Below are positions 35,573 to 44,543 of a stretch of DNA of 64,000 bases, piece by piece. Within the stretch, counting starts at the first letter, position 1. Every line of letters begins with the position of its first letter. The stretch is from Candidatus Dormiibacterota bacterium (GTDB taxonomy: Bacteria > Chloroflexota > Dormibacteria > Aeolococcales > Aeolococcaceae). Both the position numbers and the translations under genes were made by a program. The stretch covers positions 11,472 through 75,471 of the forward strand of contig DASXNK010000196.1 in the NCBI GenBank assembly GCA_036495095.1, given 5' to 3'. Under the pieces are notes generated by a model. It saw only the letters and a list, made by a program, of their open reading frames with translations. It had not been told where the DNA came from and did no database searches.

Positions 35573-35956
35573 ATGGCAGCTGAGCCACAGGACCCCGATG
35601 TCAGCGTCCTCGACGTCGTCGGACTGGTCGCCGGGATCGCCGTGGACGACGTCGCCGAGATCCTGCTGACCCACGGTGATCGCCCTCTCGACGAGCTGGG
35701 GGAGCGTCTCCGGCAACGCCAGGAGAACCGGGTCGACCTGATCCGCCGCCAGCTGCCGAACCGCGCCGTCCAGGTTCTCTGCGAGGCGGAGGTCGAGGAC
35801 CTGTTCGGACGGTGGATCCGCCGGTTCGGCGACGCCCCGGAGCTGCGCCACGAGCACCTTCCCCGGCTCGCCGAGGAGGTGCGCGGCCTGCGCAACAGCT
35901 ACGTGGCGGATCGGGTCGAGGCGGTCTCCGTGCTCCTGGTGCGACGGGACCCCTGA
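35573..35956 (+). CDS. Hypothetical cytoplasmic protein (127 aa)
   Basis: Strong GC3 periodicity on the + strand. RBS-like GGAGGTGAGG precedes the ATG at 35573. No known motif (…DDVAEILLTHGDRPLDELGERLRQRQENRVDLIRRQL…). Confidence 0.5.
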   Translation: MAAEPQDPDVSVLDVVGLVAGIAVDDVAEILLTHGDRPLDELGERLRQRQENRVDLIRRQLPNRAVQVLCEAEVEDLFGRWIRRFGDAPELRHEHLPRLAEEVRGLRNSYVADRVEAVSVLLVRRDP

Positions 35957-36036
35957 GCCGACGCGGTGGTCGCTGTGAGATCGGGGAGCCGCCGCCCTCC
36001 GCGGGCGGCGGTCCCTCACGACGCCAGCCCGTCGGG

Positions 36037-36516
36037 CTAACCGCCAGGCTTCGGGGACGGGGTCGTGCCGGCGGTCTCCTGCGCCTCACGCTGCGCGCTC
36101 TCCGACTTCTCGTGGGCCGGATCCTCGTTCGGATGGCCGGCCCCGCCGGGCCCGCCGACGTGCGCCCGGCCCGCGGCCTCATCGGCCTCGCGCTGCGCGC
36201 TCTCCCCCTTCTCGTGGGTCGCGTCCTCGTTGGAGGTGGCGGCCCCAGGGGAGGCGGCGGCGGCGGGCGGCGTGGTGACCGCCGAGGGGGCGGTGGTGCC
36301 CGACGGCGCCGTCCCGGTGGACGTGGTCGTGGTGGTGGTCGTGGTGGAGGAGGTCGCGGCGTGCGAGATGATGGCTCCTCCGGCGACACCGCCGGCGATG
36401 AGGCCGAGGGCCGTGGTCGCGGCGGCGGTGCGGCGGTTGAGACCGCCGAACCGGGCCGGTCTCGACGGCTCCTCCGGCTGCGGGGTCTCCTGGTCGTCGT
36501 CGTGCTTCACGGGCAC
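36037..36516 (-). CDS. Small single-TM protein with a Ser/Thr-rich spacer and duplicated acidic motif HPNED-x-HE-x-ESAQREA (paralog A)
   Basis: RFGGLNRR, TM helix (ALGLIAGGVAGGAIISHAA), poly-T/S stretch, and two copies of NEDATHEKGESAQREADE / NEDPAHEKSESAQREAQE. High GC3 on the minus strand. Confidence 0.55.
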   Translation of the reverse strand: MPVKHDDDQETPQPEEPSRPARFGGLNRRTAAATTALGLIAGGVAGGAIISHAATSSTTTTTTTTSTGTAPSGTTAPSAVTTPPAAAASPGAATSNEDATHEKGESAQREADEAAGRAHVGGPGGAGHPNEDPAHEKSESAQREAQETAGTTPSPKPGG

Positions 36517-36656
36517 ATCCTCCTTGCTGGCGCGCGGGCGTGGCGTCTCCAGCCTGGCGCCCGACCCTCAAGGTGGGCTGGCAGTATCCTCAGAATCGGC
36601 TGTGAATCCGTGGGCGGTGCGGGAGCCGGCCGGTGCCGGCCCCCACACGCCGCGAC

Positions 36657-37016
36657 CTACGGAACGGTCGGCATCTGGCCCGCGTTCTCCTGGGCCTCGC
36701 GCGCCGCGCTCTCGCCGGCCTCGTGGGTGGCGTCCTCGTTGGGGTGGAAGGTGCCGCTGGGTGCGGTGGTCGCGGAACTGCCGCTCGCTCCCGGGGTCGC
36801 TGCCGCGGTGCTGCTCGCCGTCGCCGCATGGGAGACGATGTAGCCTCCGAGCATGCCCCCGGTCATCAGGCCGGCCGCGGTGGCGATGGCGGCGCCACGC
36901 CGGCCGAGACCGAAGCGCGACGAACGGTTGGGCTGCGGGTCCTGCGTGGTGCCGGTGATGGGGTCCATGGTGTGTGCCTCCGAGCCTTCTCTGCCGGTGT
37001 CCGCCGGCCATGGCAT
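36657..37016 (-). CDS. Small single-TM protein, paralog B of 36037-36516
   Basis: RFGLGRRG, TM helix (AAGLMTGGMLGGYIVSHAA), and HPNEDATHEAGESAAREAQENAG. Same architecture as the neighbouring gene. Start may be the internal Met at ~36969. Confidence 0.55.
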   Translation of the reverse strand: MPWPADTGREGSEAHTMDPITGTTQDPQPNRSSRFGLGRRGAAIATAAGLMTGGMLGGYIVSHAATASSTAAATPGASGSSATTAPSGTFHPNEDATHEAGESAAREAQENAGQMPTVP

Positions 37017-37319
37017 CAGAGTGCGGTCACACCCTCAGAACCGCCGGTGGACTTCCTGGGAGACCGCTGTGGAACACTCCGCCCGGCGGCGCCGGGACAG
37101 AGGCGGTTGCGCGAACCCGCCGGCGAGGCGGCTCCGGAACGCGCGCAGGCCGTCCTCCGACCCCGCCCGGGGCTCGGATTCCGAGCGCGGGGGGCGGTCC
37201 GCGTGTATAGTGACCCGGCGACGGCCCACCCTGGGTCGACCGATTGCCCGTGCTCTCCTCCGCCTTCTCGAACGGAACGCGCGCGTTGTTCAGAGAGTTC
37301 GGGAAGGCAGGAGCACAAG

Positions 37320-37523
37320 ATGTCCAACGGGACAATCAAGAAGGTCGCATCCGACCGCGGGTTCGGGTTCATCGCCGCTGACGATGGGCAGGAGTACTTC
37401 TTCCATCGGAGCAGCGTCGACAGCACGCTCGACTTCGACCGCCTCAGCGGCGGCGAGGCCGTGACGTTCGAGGTCGAGGCGAGCCCCAAGGGCCCGCGGG
37501 CCGGGCAGGTGCGCGCCGCCTAG
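37320..37523 (+). CDS. cspA: Cold-shock protein (CspA family, S1-like cold-shock domain)
   Basis: MSNGTIKKVASDRGFGFIAADDGQEYFFHRSSV... carries RNP1 (RGFGFI) and RNP2 (FFH) motifs. 67 aa. RBS GGAAGGCAGGAG upstream. Confidence 0.9.
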   Translation: MSNGTIKKVASDRGFGFIAADDGQEYFFHRSSVDSTLDFDRLSGGEAVTFEVEASPKGPRAGQVRAA

Positions 37524-37690
37524 TTCGGCGCACGATCGGTCCGGGGCCGGGGCGGGCTCACCCGCCACGGCCCCAGGGCCGGTCACCGTCACGTCGGATG
37601 CGGCACCGCAACGGTCGTGCCGCGAAGCGGTGGCGCTCCGCCACCTCCCCGCCTTGGACGACGAGGATGAGCCGGTAGATCCGGCTGCTC

Positions 37691-39907
37691 GTGCGAATCC
37701 AGCAGGGGGAGGACGTGGACGAGCGTCAGACCGACACCGCGCGGAGCGCCGTCGAGCGACTGCGCTGGGTGGCGATGGCGCTGGCACTGGCCCGCGTCGG
37801 CCTCGCCCAGCCGCCGCCGGTGTCCAGGACCGCCGCGATCGGCACCGTCCTCGCCATGGCGGCGTACAACGCCATCGTGACGGTGGCCCGCCGCCGCGGC
37901 CGGTGGGCCGCACCGCTGGCGCTGACCGCCCTCGTCCTCGACTTCCTCGCCTGCACCGTCTGGGTGCTGCTCTCCGCCGACGACCCGTCGAGCTCCGCCT
38001 TCGCGATCTACATCTTCGTCGCCATCGAGGCCGCGGCGCTCTACCAGATGCGCGGAGCCGCACTGTTCGCGCCCGGGTTCGCCACCGGGTTCGCGCTGCT
38101 GACCTGGGCCCGGCACCACTACTTCGGCTTCCCCCTCGACAGCGGCAGCCTGGTGTTCCGATCCGGGATCGTCCTGCTGGTCGGCGTCGCCGTCGGCGCC
38201 ATCGCCACCCAGAGCCAGCGGCGGCGCTTCGAGCTGGATCGCCAGGCGGAGGCGCTGCGCGCCTCCGAGCAGCGCTTCCGCACCATCGTCGACACCACCT
38301 CCATCGGCGTCAGCGTCGCCGACGCGCAGGGGCGGCTGATCAGCGCCAACCCCGCCTACCAGGAGCTCGCCGGCTACACCGAGGCCGAGCTGACGACGAT
38401 GCGGATCATCGACTTCACCCATCCCGACGACGCCGGCGCGGACATGCGGCTCGCCCAGGAGGTGGCCAGCGGGCGGCGCAGCCACGGGCAGGTGGAGAAG
38501 CGGTGGATCCGCAAGAACGGAGAGGTGCGCTGGGTGCGCGTCAACGCCTCCCACCTTCCCGCCGCCGGCGGCGCGCCGGGACGGGTGGTCGCCATCGTCG
38601 AGGACATCAGCGAGCGCAGGCGGGCGGAGCGCGAGCTGGCCGAGAGCGCGGGGCGCCTGGCGGCGATCGCCGCCACCGACGTCCTCACCGGCCTCCCCAA
38701 CCGCAGGGAGTTCGAGCGCCTGCTGGCCCTCCCGCAGAGCCGGTCCTTCGCCATCCTGGCCATCGATGTCGACAACCTCAAGGTTGTGAACGACGGGTAC
38801 GGCCACGAGGCCGGGGACGCCGCTCTGCGAGCGATCGCCACCGCCCTGCGGATGGCGGTGCGCGACGGAGACGTGGTCGCCCGGAGCGGCGGTGACGAGT
38901 TTTCGGCGCTCCTCCCCGACACCGCCCCCGAGGCGGCGGTCCAGGTCGGGGACCGGTTGCGCCGAGCGATGCACGGCCTCGCGCTGCCCCACGGGCAGGC
39001 GCGGATCAGCATCGGCTGCGCCACCGGCCCGGCGATGGCGGACGCTGCGACCGTCCTCATCGCCGCCGACGAGGCCCTGTACCGGGCCAAGCGGAACGGG
39101 CGTGACCGGCTCGAGGCGGCGCCCGCGGTCAACGAGACCGGCTCGCAGCAGGTGCGCTGGGAGACGCTGGTGCCCAGCCTGCTGCGCGAGGACGGGATGG
39201 TCTCCGTCTTCCAGCCGATCGTCGGCCTTCGCGACGGGCGGGTGATCGGCTACGAGGCCCTGGGCCGTCCCACCGACGGGCCCCACGACATCGGGGTCGA
39301 GGGGCTGTTCGCGGCCGCCGACCGGATCGGCGAGGGCCGCAGCCTCGACTGGGTCTGCCGCCGCGCCGCGCTCCTGGGGTGCCGCGGCCTGCCCGCCTCG
39401 ACCGCGCTCTTCCTCAACGTGGGGGTGTCGGTGCTCCTCGACCCGCTCCATGCCGTCGACCAGATGCTCCTGCTGCTGCGCTGGGCCGGCCGGGAGCCGG
39501 CTCAGGTGGTCCTGGAGATCACCGAGCGGGAGGCGGTTCGCGACCTCGAGCGGCTGCGGGTGGTGATCATGGAGTACCGCAGCCACGGCTTCCGGTTCGC
39601 CCTCGACGACGTGGGCACCGGCCACTCCACCTTCGAGGTCCTCTCGGTCGCGACGCCGGAGTTCATCAAGATCGCCGGCACCCTGACCCGGCACGCCGGC
39701 GAGGTCGGGCCACGGTCGGCGATCAGGGCGCTGGTGGCCTTCGCCGCCTCGAGCGGAGCGCGGGTGATCGCCGAGGAGGTCGAGAACGACACCACCGCCT
39801 CGCTGATGCGGCACCTCGGAGTGGATCTCGCCCAGGGCTTCATGTGGGGGACCCCGGCGGCGGCGTCGACGTGGCCGGCGGAGGGTGACCTCACCGCCCG
39901 CGGATGA
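37691..39907 (+). CDS. Membrane-anchored PAS-GGDEF-EAL c-di-GMP turnover protein (N-terminal ~5-TM sensor domain)
   Basis: TM helices in the first ~190 aa. PAS (EQRFRTIVDTTSIGVSVADAQGRLISANPAYQELAGYT). GGDEF (RSGGDEFSALLP). EAL (QPI...YEALGRP, DDVGTGHSTF, EEVENDTT). C-terminal ~430 aa closely paralogous to the C-terminus of the 27763-33684 protein. Confidence 0.85.
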   Translation: MRIQQGEDVDERQTDTARSAVERLRWVAMALALARVGLAQPPPVSRTAAIGTVLAMAAYNAIVTVARRRGRWAAPLALTALVLDFLACTVWVLLSADDPSSSAFAIYIFVAIEAAALYQMRGAALFAPGFATGFALLTWARHHYFGFPLDSGSLVFRSGIVLLVGVAVGAIATQSQRRRFELDRQAEALRASEQRFRTIVDTTSIGVSVADAQGRLISANPAYQELAGYTEAELTTMRIIDFTHPDDAGADMRLAQEVASGRRSHGQVEKRWIRKNGEVRWVRVNASHLPAAGGAPGRVVAIVEDISERRRAERELAESAGRLAAIAATDVLTGLPNRREFERLLALPQSRSFAILAIDVDNLKVVNDGYGHEAGDAALRAIATALRMAVRDGDVVARSGGDEFSALLPDTAPEAAVQVGDRLRRAMHGLALPHGQARISIGCATGPAMADAATVLIAADEALYRAKRNGRDRLEAAPAVNETGSQQVRWETLVPSLLREDGMVSVFQPIVGLRDGRVIGYEALGRPTDGPHDIGVEGLFAAADRIGEGRSLDWVCRRAALLGCRGLPASTALFLNVGVSVLLDPLHAVDQMLLLLRWAGREPAQVVLEITEREAVRDLERLRVVIMEYRSHGFRFALDDVGTGHSTFEVLSVATPEFIKIAGTLTRHAGEVGPRSAIRALVAFAASSGARVIAEEVENDTTASLMRHLGVDLAQGFMWGTPAAASTWPAEGDLTARG

Positions 39908-40957
39908 TCACGCCTCGAACGGTCCTCGGTGCCCCTCGCATGTTCTCGGCGGAGACGGCGCGAAGGTCGCGGCCGCGGAGACGGAGGCGCGGCGGGCGGC
40001 GAGCCGGGACACCATCTCCACCACCGCCCAGCAGCCGGCGCCGAGGGCGAGCCCGGCCACAACGTCGCTGACGTAGTGCTCGCCGAGGTCGACGACGGCG
40101 AAGCTGATGGTCAGCGGATAGAGCAGCCAGAGGCGGCTGATCCGGCGGCGCTGTCCGGCCATCATCGTCAGGGCGATGACCATGGGGACGGCGACGTGGA
40201 GCGACGGCATCGCTCCGTTGGGGAAGGGGTCGGCTCCCGAGTACAGCGCGCCGAAGCCGCCGAGGTGGTCGAGGACGGACACCACCACCCGTCCCACCGG
40301 CGGGACCAGGCCATGCTGTGCGGCCAGCCACGGCGGCATCTCGGGGTAGAGGAGGTAGCCGGCGAAACCGAGCGCCATCACCAGGGTGTAGGCGGCGACG
40401 TAGCCCTCGAAGCGGGCACGGTGGCGCCACCAGAGCCAGCCCCCGGCGAGGAGCGGGGCGAGGAAGTGCACGAGGTACTCCCCGACCAGCGGGAGCTGCC
40501 ACCAGACCGCGCCGACCAGGCCGCCGAGGTGCGCCTGGAGCCAGGGCGCCGCGTCGACCCCGAGGACCCGGCGTTCGAGGATGGCGGGGCCGGCGGCGTG
40601 CACGCTGCCTGCCACCAGGGGCTGGAGGGCGCCGAGGTCCTCGAACATCACCGCGATGAACAGGAAGGGGACCCAGTCGCGCACGACCACGCGGAGACGC
40701 GGGACCAGCCCCGCGGCGACGAGCACGAGGAGGATGACGTGCTCGGAGGTGAGGCCGACGCGGTGGGTGGCCACCAGGGCGACGGACGCGACGGCGTAGA
40801 CCGCGATCCCGGCGTTGACCAGCCGGAGCGCCGCCGCCGGTCGCACCCTCGCGACCACGGCGGCCGGGCTCCGACGAGGCTGCGCGCCGGCAGCCGCCCC
40901 CGTGGGGTCGCGGCGCCAGCCGGGCAGGTCGTCGACGCGGGCCGGATGCACCGCCAT
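39908..40957 (-). CDS. PAP2-superfamily membrane phosphatase / phosphotransferase
   Basis: Multi-TM protein with PAP2 motifs (PSLHVA ... SDVVAGLALG). Confidence 0.55.
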   Translation of the reverse strand: MAVHPARVDDLPGWRRDPTGAAAGAQPRRSPAAVVARVRPAAALRLVNAGIAVYAVASVALVATHRVGLTSEHVILLVLVAAGLVPRLRVVVRDWVPFLFIAVMFEDLGALQPLVAGSVHAAGPAILERRVLGVDAAPWLQAHLGGLVGAVWWQLPLVGEYLVHFLAPLLAGGWLWWRHRARFEGYVAAYTLVMALGFAGYLLYPEMPPWLAAQHGLVPPVGRVVVSVLDHLGGFGALYSGADPFPNGAMPSLHVAVPMVIALTMMAGQRRRISRLWLLYPLTISFAVVDLGEHYVSDVVAGLALGAGCWAVVEMVSRLAARRASVSAAATFAPSPPRTCEGHRGPFEA

Positions 40958-41028
40958 CGCGTGTCCCCCAGGAGCTCGGAATCGGGTGCCTCACTCGCAC
41001 CATCCCAGTCGATCGCATCATTCCACAC

Positions 41029-42183
41029 TTGAACGGTTTCAAACCGGTCGCGCCGACTCCCGTGAACTCCTCCATGGCGGCGGGCCCCGCGCACCGGTAC
41101 GGTGGTGTCACCGGGCCGTCTCGGGGGCTCGCCGCGCCCGTGCTACGGTCGGCCGGCGCCATCGCGCAGAACATTCCGAGAGAGGGGCGACCCATCTCCA
41201 CGTCCACGCTCACGCTCCGTGGCGTCCTCTGCCACCCTGGATCCCGCGTCGCCGGGAGCGCCCTCGGCATCCTCCTGCTGGTGCGCACCACCGACCTCGG
41301 CGGCGCCGCGCGCGACGTGCACGCTGCCAGCCCGGGATGGCTCGCCGCCGGCCTCGCCCTCACCGTGCTGACCTTCACCGCCGGTGTGGTGCAGTGGGGC
41401 GTGCTCCTCCGCGGCGCCGGCACCCGCATCCTCTGGCGCTCGGTCGCCTCCTGGCAGGCGCAGTCGGTGTTCGCCGGCCACGTCCTCCCCACCGCCGCCG
41501 CCGGTGACGCGGTCCGCGCCGTCAACGCCTGCCGGGCCGCGGGCAGCGGCGCCGGGATCGGATCGATCCTGGGCAGCCGGCTCGCCGGCGCTCTGAGCAT
41601 GGCGGTGTGGGGGCTCGCCGGCGCGGTGACCCTGCGCGGAGTGTTCGGCGTGCCCGTCCTCGCCGCCGCGGCGGCCTATGTCGCCGGCATCGTCGTCGCC
41701 TGGCTGCTGGTGCTGACGGCGCGGCCGTCGGCTCCCGCCCGTCCCGGGAGGCGGGGCGGGCTCGCCACCCGCGGCGCCCGGGTCGTCGCCTCGCTCCGCG
41801 ACGGCTGTCACGCCATCCGCCACCGCACCGGGGCGATCGTGATGTGCCTGATGATCGCGCTCCTGGGATGGGGCTGCCAGCTGCTGGCCCTGGTCGCCTT
41901 CGCGCACGCGGTGGGCGTCGTGGTCCCGCCCACGGTCTTCGCCGTCGCCCTGCCGATCTCCCTGGTCGCGACCTGGTCACCCGCCTCGGTCAACGGTGTC
42001 GGCCTTCGCGAGGGGGTGATGGCCGGGGTGCTGGTGCACGCCGGCGTCAGCGCCGCGCACGCCGGAGCGGTGTCGCTGATCATCGACCTGCAGATGCTCC
42101 CGATCGCGCTCGGTGGAGCGATCACCTGGATGGTCGCCCGGCGGCGGTGTCCACGAGTTCGGGCGGTTGCTCCGCCGCGGTGA
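41029..42183 (+). CDS. Lysylphosphatidylglycerol-synthase-TM-region-like (flippase-like, UPF0104) integral membrane protein
   Basis: About 8 TM helices of the PF03706 type. Start may be downstream (Met at ~41074). Divergently arranged with the PAP2 gene. Confidence 0.45.
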   Translation: MNGFKPVAPTPVNSSMAAGPAHRYGGVTGPSRGLAAPVLRSAGAIAQNIPREGRPISTSTLTLRGVLCHPGSRVAGSALGILLLVRTTDLGGAARDVHAASPGWLAAGLALTVLTFTAGVVQWGVLLRGAGTRILWRSVASWQAQSVFAGHVLPTAAAGDAVRAVNACRAAGSGAGIGSILGSRLAGALSMAVWGLAGAVTLRGVFGVPVLAAAAAYVAGIVVAWLLVLTARPSAPARPGRRGGLATRGARVVASLRDGCHAIRHRTGAIVMCLMIALLGWGCQLLALVAFAHAVGVVVPPTVFAVALPISLVATWSPASVNGVGLREGVMAGVLVHAGVSAAHAGAVSLIIDLQMLPIALGGAITWMVARRRCPRVRAVAPPR

Positions 42184-42203
42184 CGCCCTGGTACTGTCCG
42201 GTG

Positions 42204-43133
42204 ATGCCCTCGACGCCGCTCCGCACCGGCGAGGCGTGGCCGGCCCTGCCGCTCGAGGAGTGGCAGGACACCTACGCAACCCTGCACATGTGGACCCAGA
42301 TCGTCGGCAAGGTGAAGCTCGCCTCGACGCCGCGGCTGAACCACTGGTGGAACGTGACCCTCCAGGTGACCTCCCGCGGTCTCACCACCGGCCTGATGCA
42401 CCACGGGACCCGCGGCTTCCAGATCGACCTCGACCTCCTCGACCGCACTCTCGTCGTCACCACCGCCGGCGGCGCCCGCCGCACCGTCGGGCTCGGCCCC
42501 TCGCTGTCGGTCGCCGGCTTCTTCGGCCAGGTCATGGGGGCGCTGGGCGAGCTCGACCTGCCGGTCGCCATCCACGCCAGGCCGGTCGAGGTGCCGGTGG
42601 CCATCCCGTTCGCGGAGGACGAGGTGCACCACACCTTCGACGCCGAGCAGGCGCGGCGGTTCTGGCGGGTCCTGGTTCAGGCCCAGCGGGTGCTGGAGGT
42701 GTTCCGCGCCCGGTACGTCGGCAAGGCCAGCCCGGTCCACTTCTTCTGGGGCGGGTGCGACATGGCGGTCACGCGGTTCTCCGGCCGGCCCGCCCCCCCG
42801 CATCCGGGGGGCGTCCCCAACTGCCCGGACTGGGTGATGACCGAGGCGTACTCGCACGAGGTGAGCAGCTGCGGGTTCTGGCCGGGAGGGATGGGGAGGG
42901 AGGCCGCCTTCTACGCCTACGCGTACCCCGAGCCCGACGGGTTCCGCGACCATCCGCTCGACGTGCCCGCCGCCCGCTACGACCCCGACCTCGGCGAGTT
43001 CCTCCTGCCCTACGACGAGATGCGGCGCGCCGCCGACCCCGACGCGGCCCTGCTGCGGTTCCTCCAGACCACCTACGAGGCGGCCGCGAACCTGGCCGGC
43101 TGGGACCGGGCCGCGGTGGAGCGAGCCGGCTAG
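42204..43133 (+). CDS. Conserved hypothetical protein (DUF5996-like)
   Basis: 309 aa (MPSTPLRTGEAWPALPLEEWQDTYATLHMWTQIVGKVKLA...HWWNVTLQV...FFWGGCDMAVTRFSG). High GC3, no catalytic motif recognised. Confidence 0.45.
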   Translation: MPSTPLRTGEAWPALPLEEWQDTYATLHMWTQIVGKVKLASTPRLNHWWNVTLQVTSRGLTTGLMHHGTRGFQIDLDLLDRTLVVTTAGGARRTVGLGPSLSVAGFFGQVMGALGELDLPVAIHARPVEVPVAIPFAEDEVHHTFDAEQARRFWRVLVQAQRVLEVFRARYVGKASPVHFFWGGCDMAVTRFSGRPAPPHPGGVPNCPDWVMTEAYSHEVSSCGFWPGGMGREAAFYAYAYPEPDGFRDHPLDVPAARYDPDLGEFLLPYDEMRRAADPDAALLRFLQTTYEAAANLAGWDRAAVERAG

Positions 43134-43166
43134 CCCCCGGCCAGCCCGCGCCTGCGCGGCCGCGGG

Positions 43167-44543
43167 GTGATCCCACCCCTGCGCTCCCCCGCGGGGGTGT
43201 GGCGGCGGGCGGGAGGCCCGCATACGCTCGGGCGAACCGTGGACGTCATCGCCACCGCGCTCGCCCTCCCGCCCGCGCTCGGCCGCGTCGGGCCGCTGCG
43301 CCGGTCGGTCCACCCGGTCGCCGCGGTGGCCCTGGGGCCGGGCACCTCGCTGCGTGACGGGCGGCTCGAGGTCGGGGTGGCCGCCGCCGAGGCCTGTTTC
43401 GTCAGCCCCGCGCTCGCCGGGGTGCGGATCGGCACCACCAGCCCCGGCGAGAGCGCGCGGATCGTCAAGGTGCTCGACGCGGTCGAGCCGCGCACCAAGG
43501 GTCGAGGCGGCGCCGGGGTGTTCCCCGGGCTGATCGGCCGGGCGCTCCCCCAGGGCCAGGGCGACGTCCACGTGCTCCGTGGCGCCGCCGTGGTCACCGC
43601 CGGCTTCCTGCCCCGCGCCCAGGAGGCGCTGGTCGACATGTCCGGCCCGGCGGCGCCGCTCTCGCCGCTGGCGGCGCTCCACTGCGTCGTGGTCGAGTTC
43701 GAGCCCGCCGCCGGCGCCGCCTGGGAGGCGGTGGCCACCGCGCTGCGGATGGGTGCGCTGCGGCTCGCCGCCCACCTCGCCGAGGTGGGGCTCGACGCGC
43801 CTCCCGCGGCGGTCGAGGAGCTGCCGCCGACCAGCCTGCAGCGCAGCCCCGGCGACGCGCTGCCCCGGGTCGTGGTGGTCACCCGGCTGCAGTGCCAGGG
43901 CGCCTTCAAGGACGTCCTCGTCTATGGGGGCACCATGGCCGGCGCGCTGTCGGTCTGCCTCGACCCCAACGAGCTCGAGGACGGCGCGGTGGTGGGCGCG
44001 CAGTACGGTCACCCCGGGCTGAAGAACCCCACATACCTCTTCCAGAACCACCCGGTGGTGGGCGCGCTGCGGGCGCGGGACGGCATCGACCTCCGGCTGG
44101 CCGGCCTGGTGCTCAGCCCCGAGCCGGTGGAGCAGGCCCGCAAGGAGCTGGTCGCCGCTCACTGCGCCCGGCTCTGCGCCGCCCTCGGCGCCGACGCCGC
44201 GATCGTCACCAAGGAGGGCGCGGGCAACGCCGACGCCGACCTCGCCCTCACCATGGACGGCCTCGAGGAGCTGGGGATCCCCGCCGTCGGCCTCTTCGCG
44301 GAGATGGCCGGGGCGGACGGGAGCGGCCCTCCGCTGGTGGTCGCGCCCGACCGCGCCATCGCCGTGGTGAGCACCGGCAACTACGACCAGCCGCTGCGCC
44401 TGCCCGCCGTCGAGCGCGTCCTCGGCGGCCGCGGGCTGGCGGTCACGGGCGCCGCGGCGGACGCGGCGCTCGAGGTGCCCACCGCGGTGGTGTACGGATC
44501 GCTCAGCCCGCTCGGCTGGGGACGGCTGCGGGCGATGCCATGA
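43167..44543 (+). CDS. grdE: Glycine/sarcosine/betaine reductase component B alpha/beta proprotein-like (GrdE family)
   Basis: 458 aa preceding grdB, with the stop overlapping the grdB ATG. Limited similarity to GrdB typical of the GrdE/PrdA family (…VVVTRLQCQGAFKDVLVYGG…GHPGLKNPTYLFQNHPVVGAL…). Confidence 0.5.
   Translation: MIPPLRSPAGVWRRAGGPHTLGRTVDVIATALALPPALGRVGPLRRSVHPVAAVALGPGTSLRDGRLEVGVAAAEACFVSPALAGVRIGTTSPGESARIVKVLDAVEPRTKGRGGAGVFPGLIGRALPQGQGDVHVLRGAAVVTAGFLPRAQEALVDMSGPAAPLSPLAALHCVVVEFEPAAGAAWEAVATALRMGALRLAAHLAEVGLDAPPAAVEELPPTSLQRSPGDALPRVVVVTRLQCQGAFKDVLVYGGTMAGALSVCLDPNELEDGAVVGAQYGHPGLKNPTYLFQNHPVVGALRARDGIDLRLAGLVLSPEPVEQARKELVAAHCARLCAALGADAAIVTKEGAGNADADLALTMDGLEELGIPAVGLFAEMAGADGSGPPLVVAPDRAIAVVSTGNYDQPLRLPAVERVLGGRGLAVTGAAADAALEVPTAVVYGSLSPLGWGRLRAMP

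Noticed and set aside
36633-37523. 296-aa plus-strand ORF spanning paralog B and the csp gene
   Set aside because: It is an antisense shadow of the 36657-37016 minus gene for most of its length. Only the last 67 codons (37320-37523) are a genuine gene, the cold-shock protein with its own RBS and ATG.
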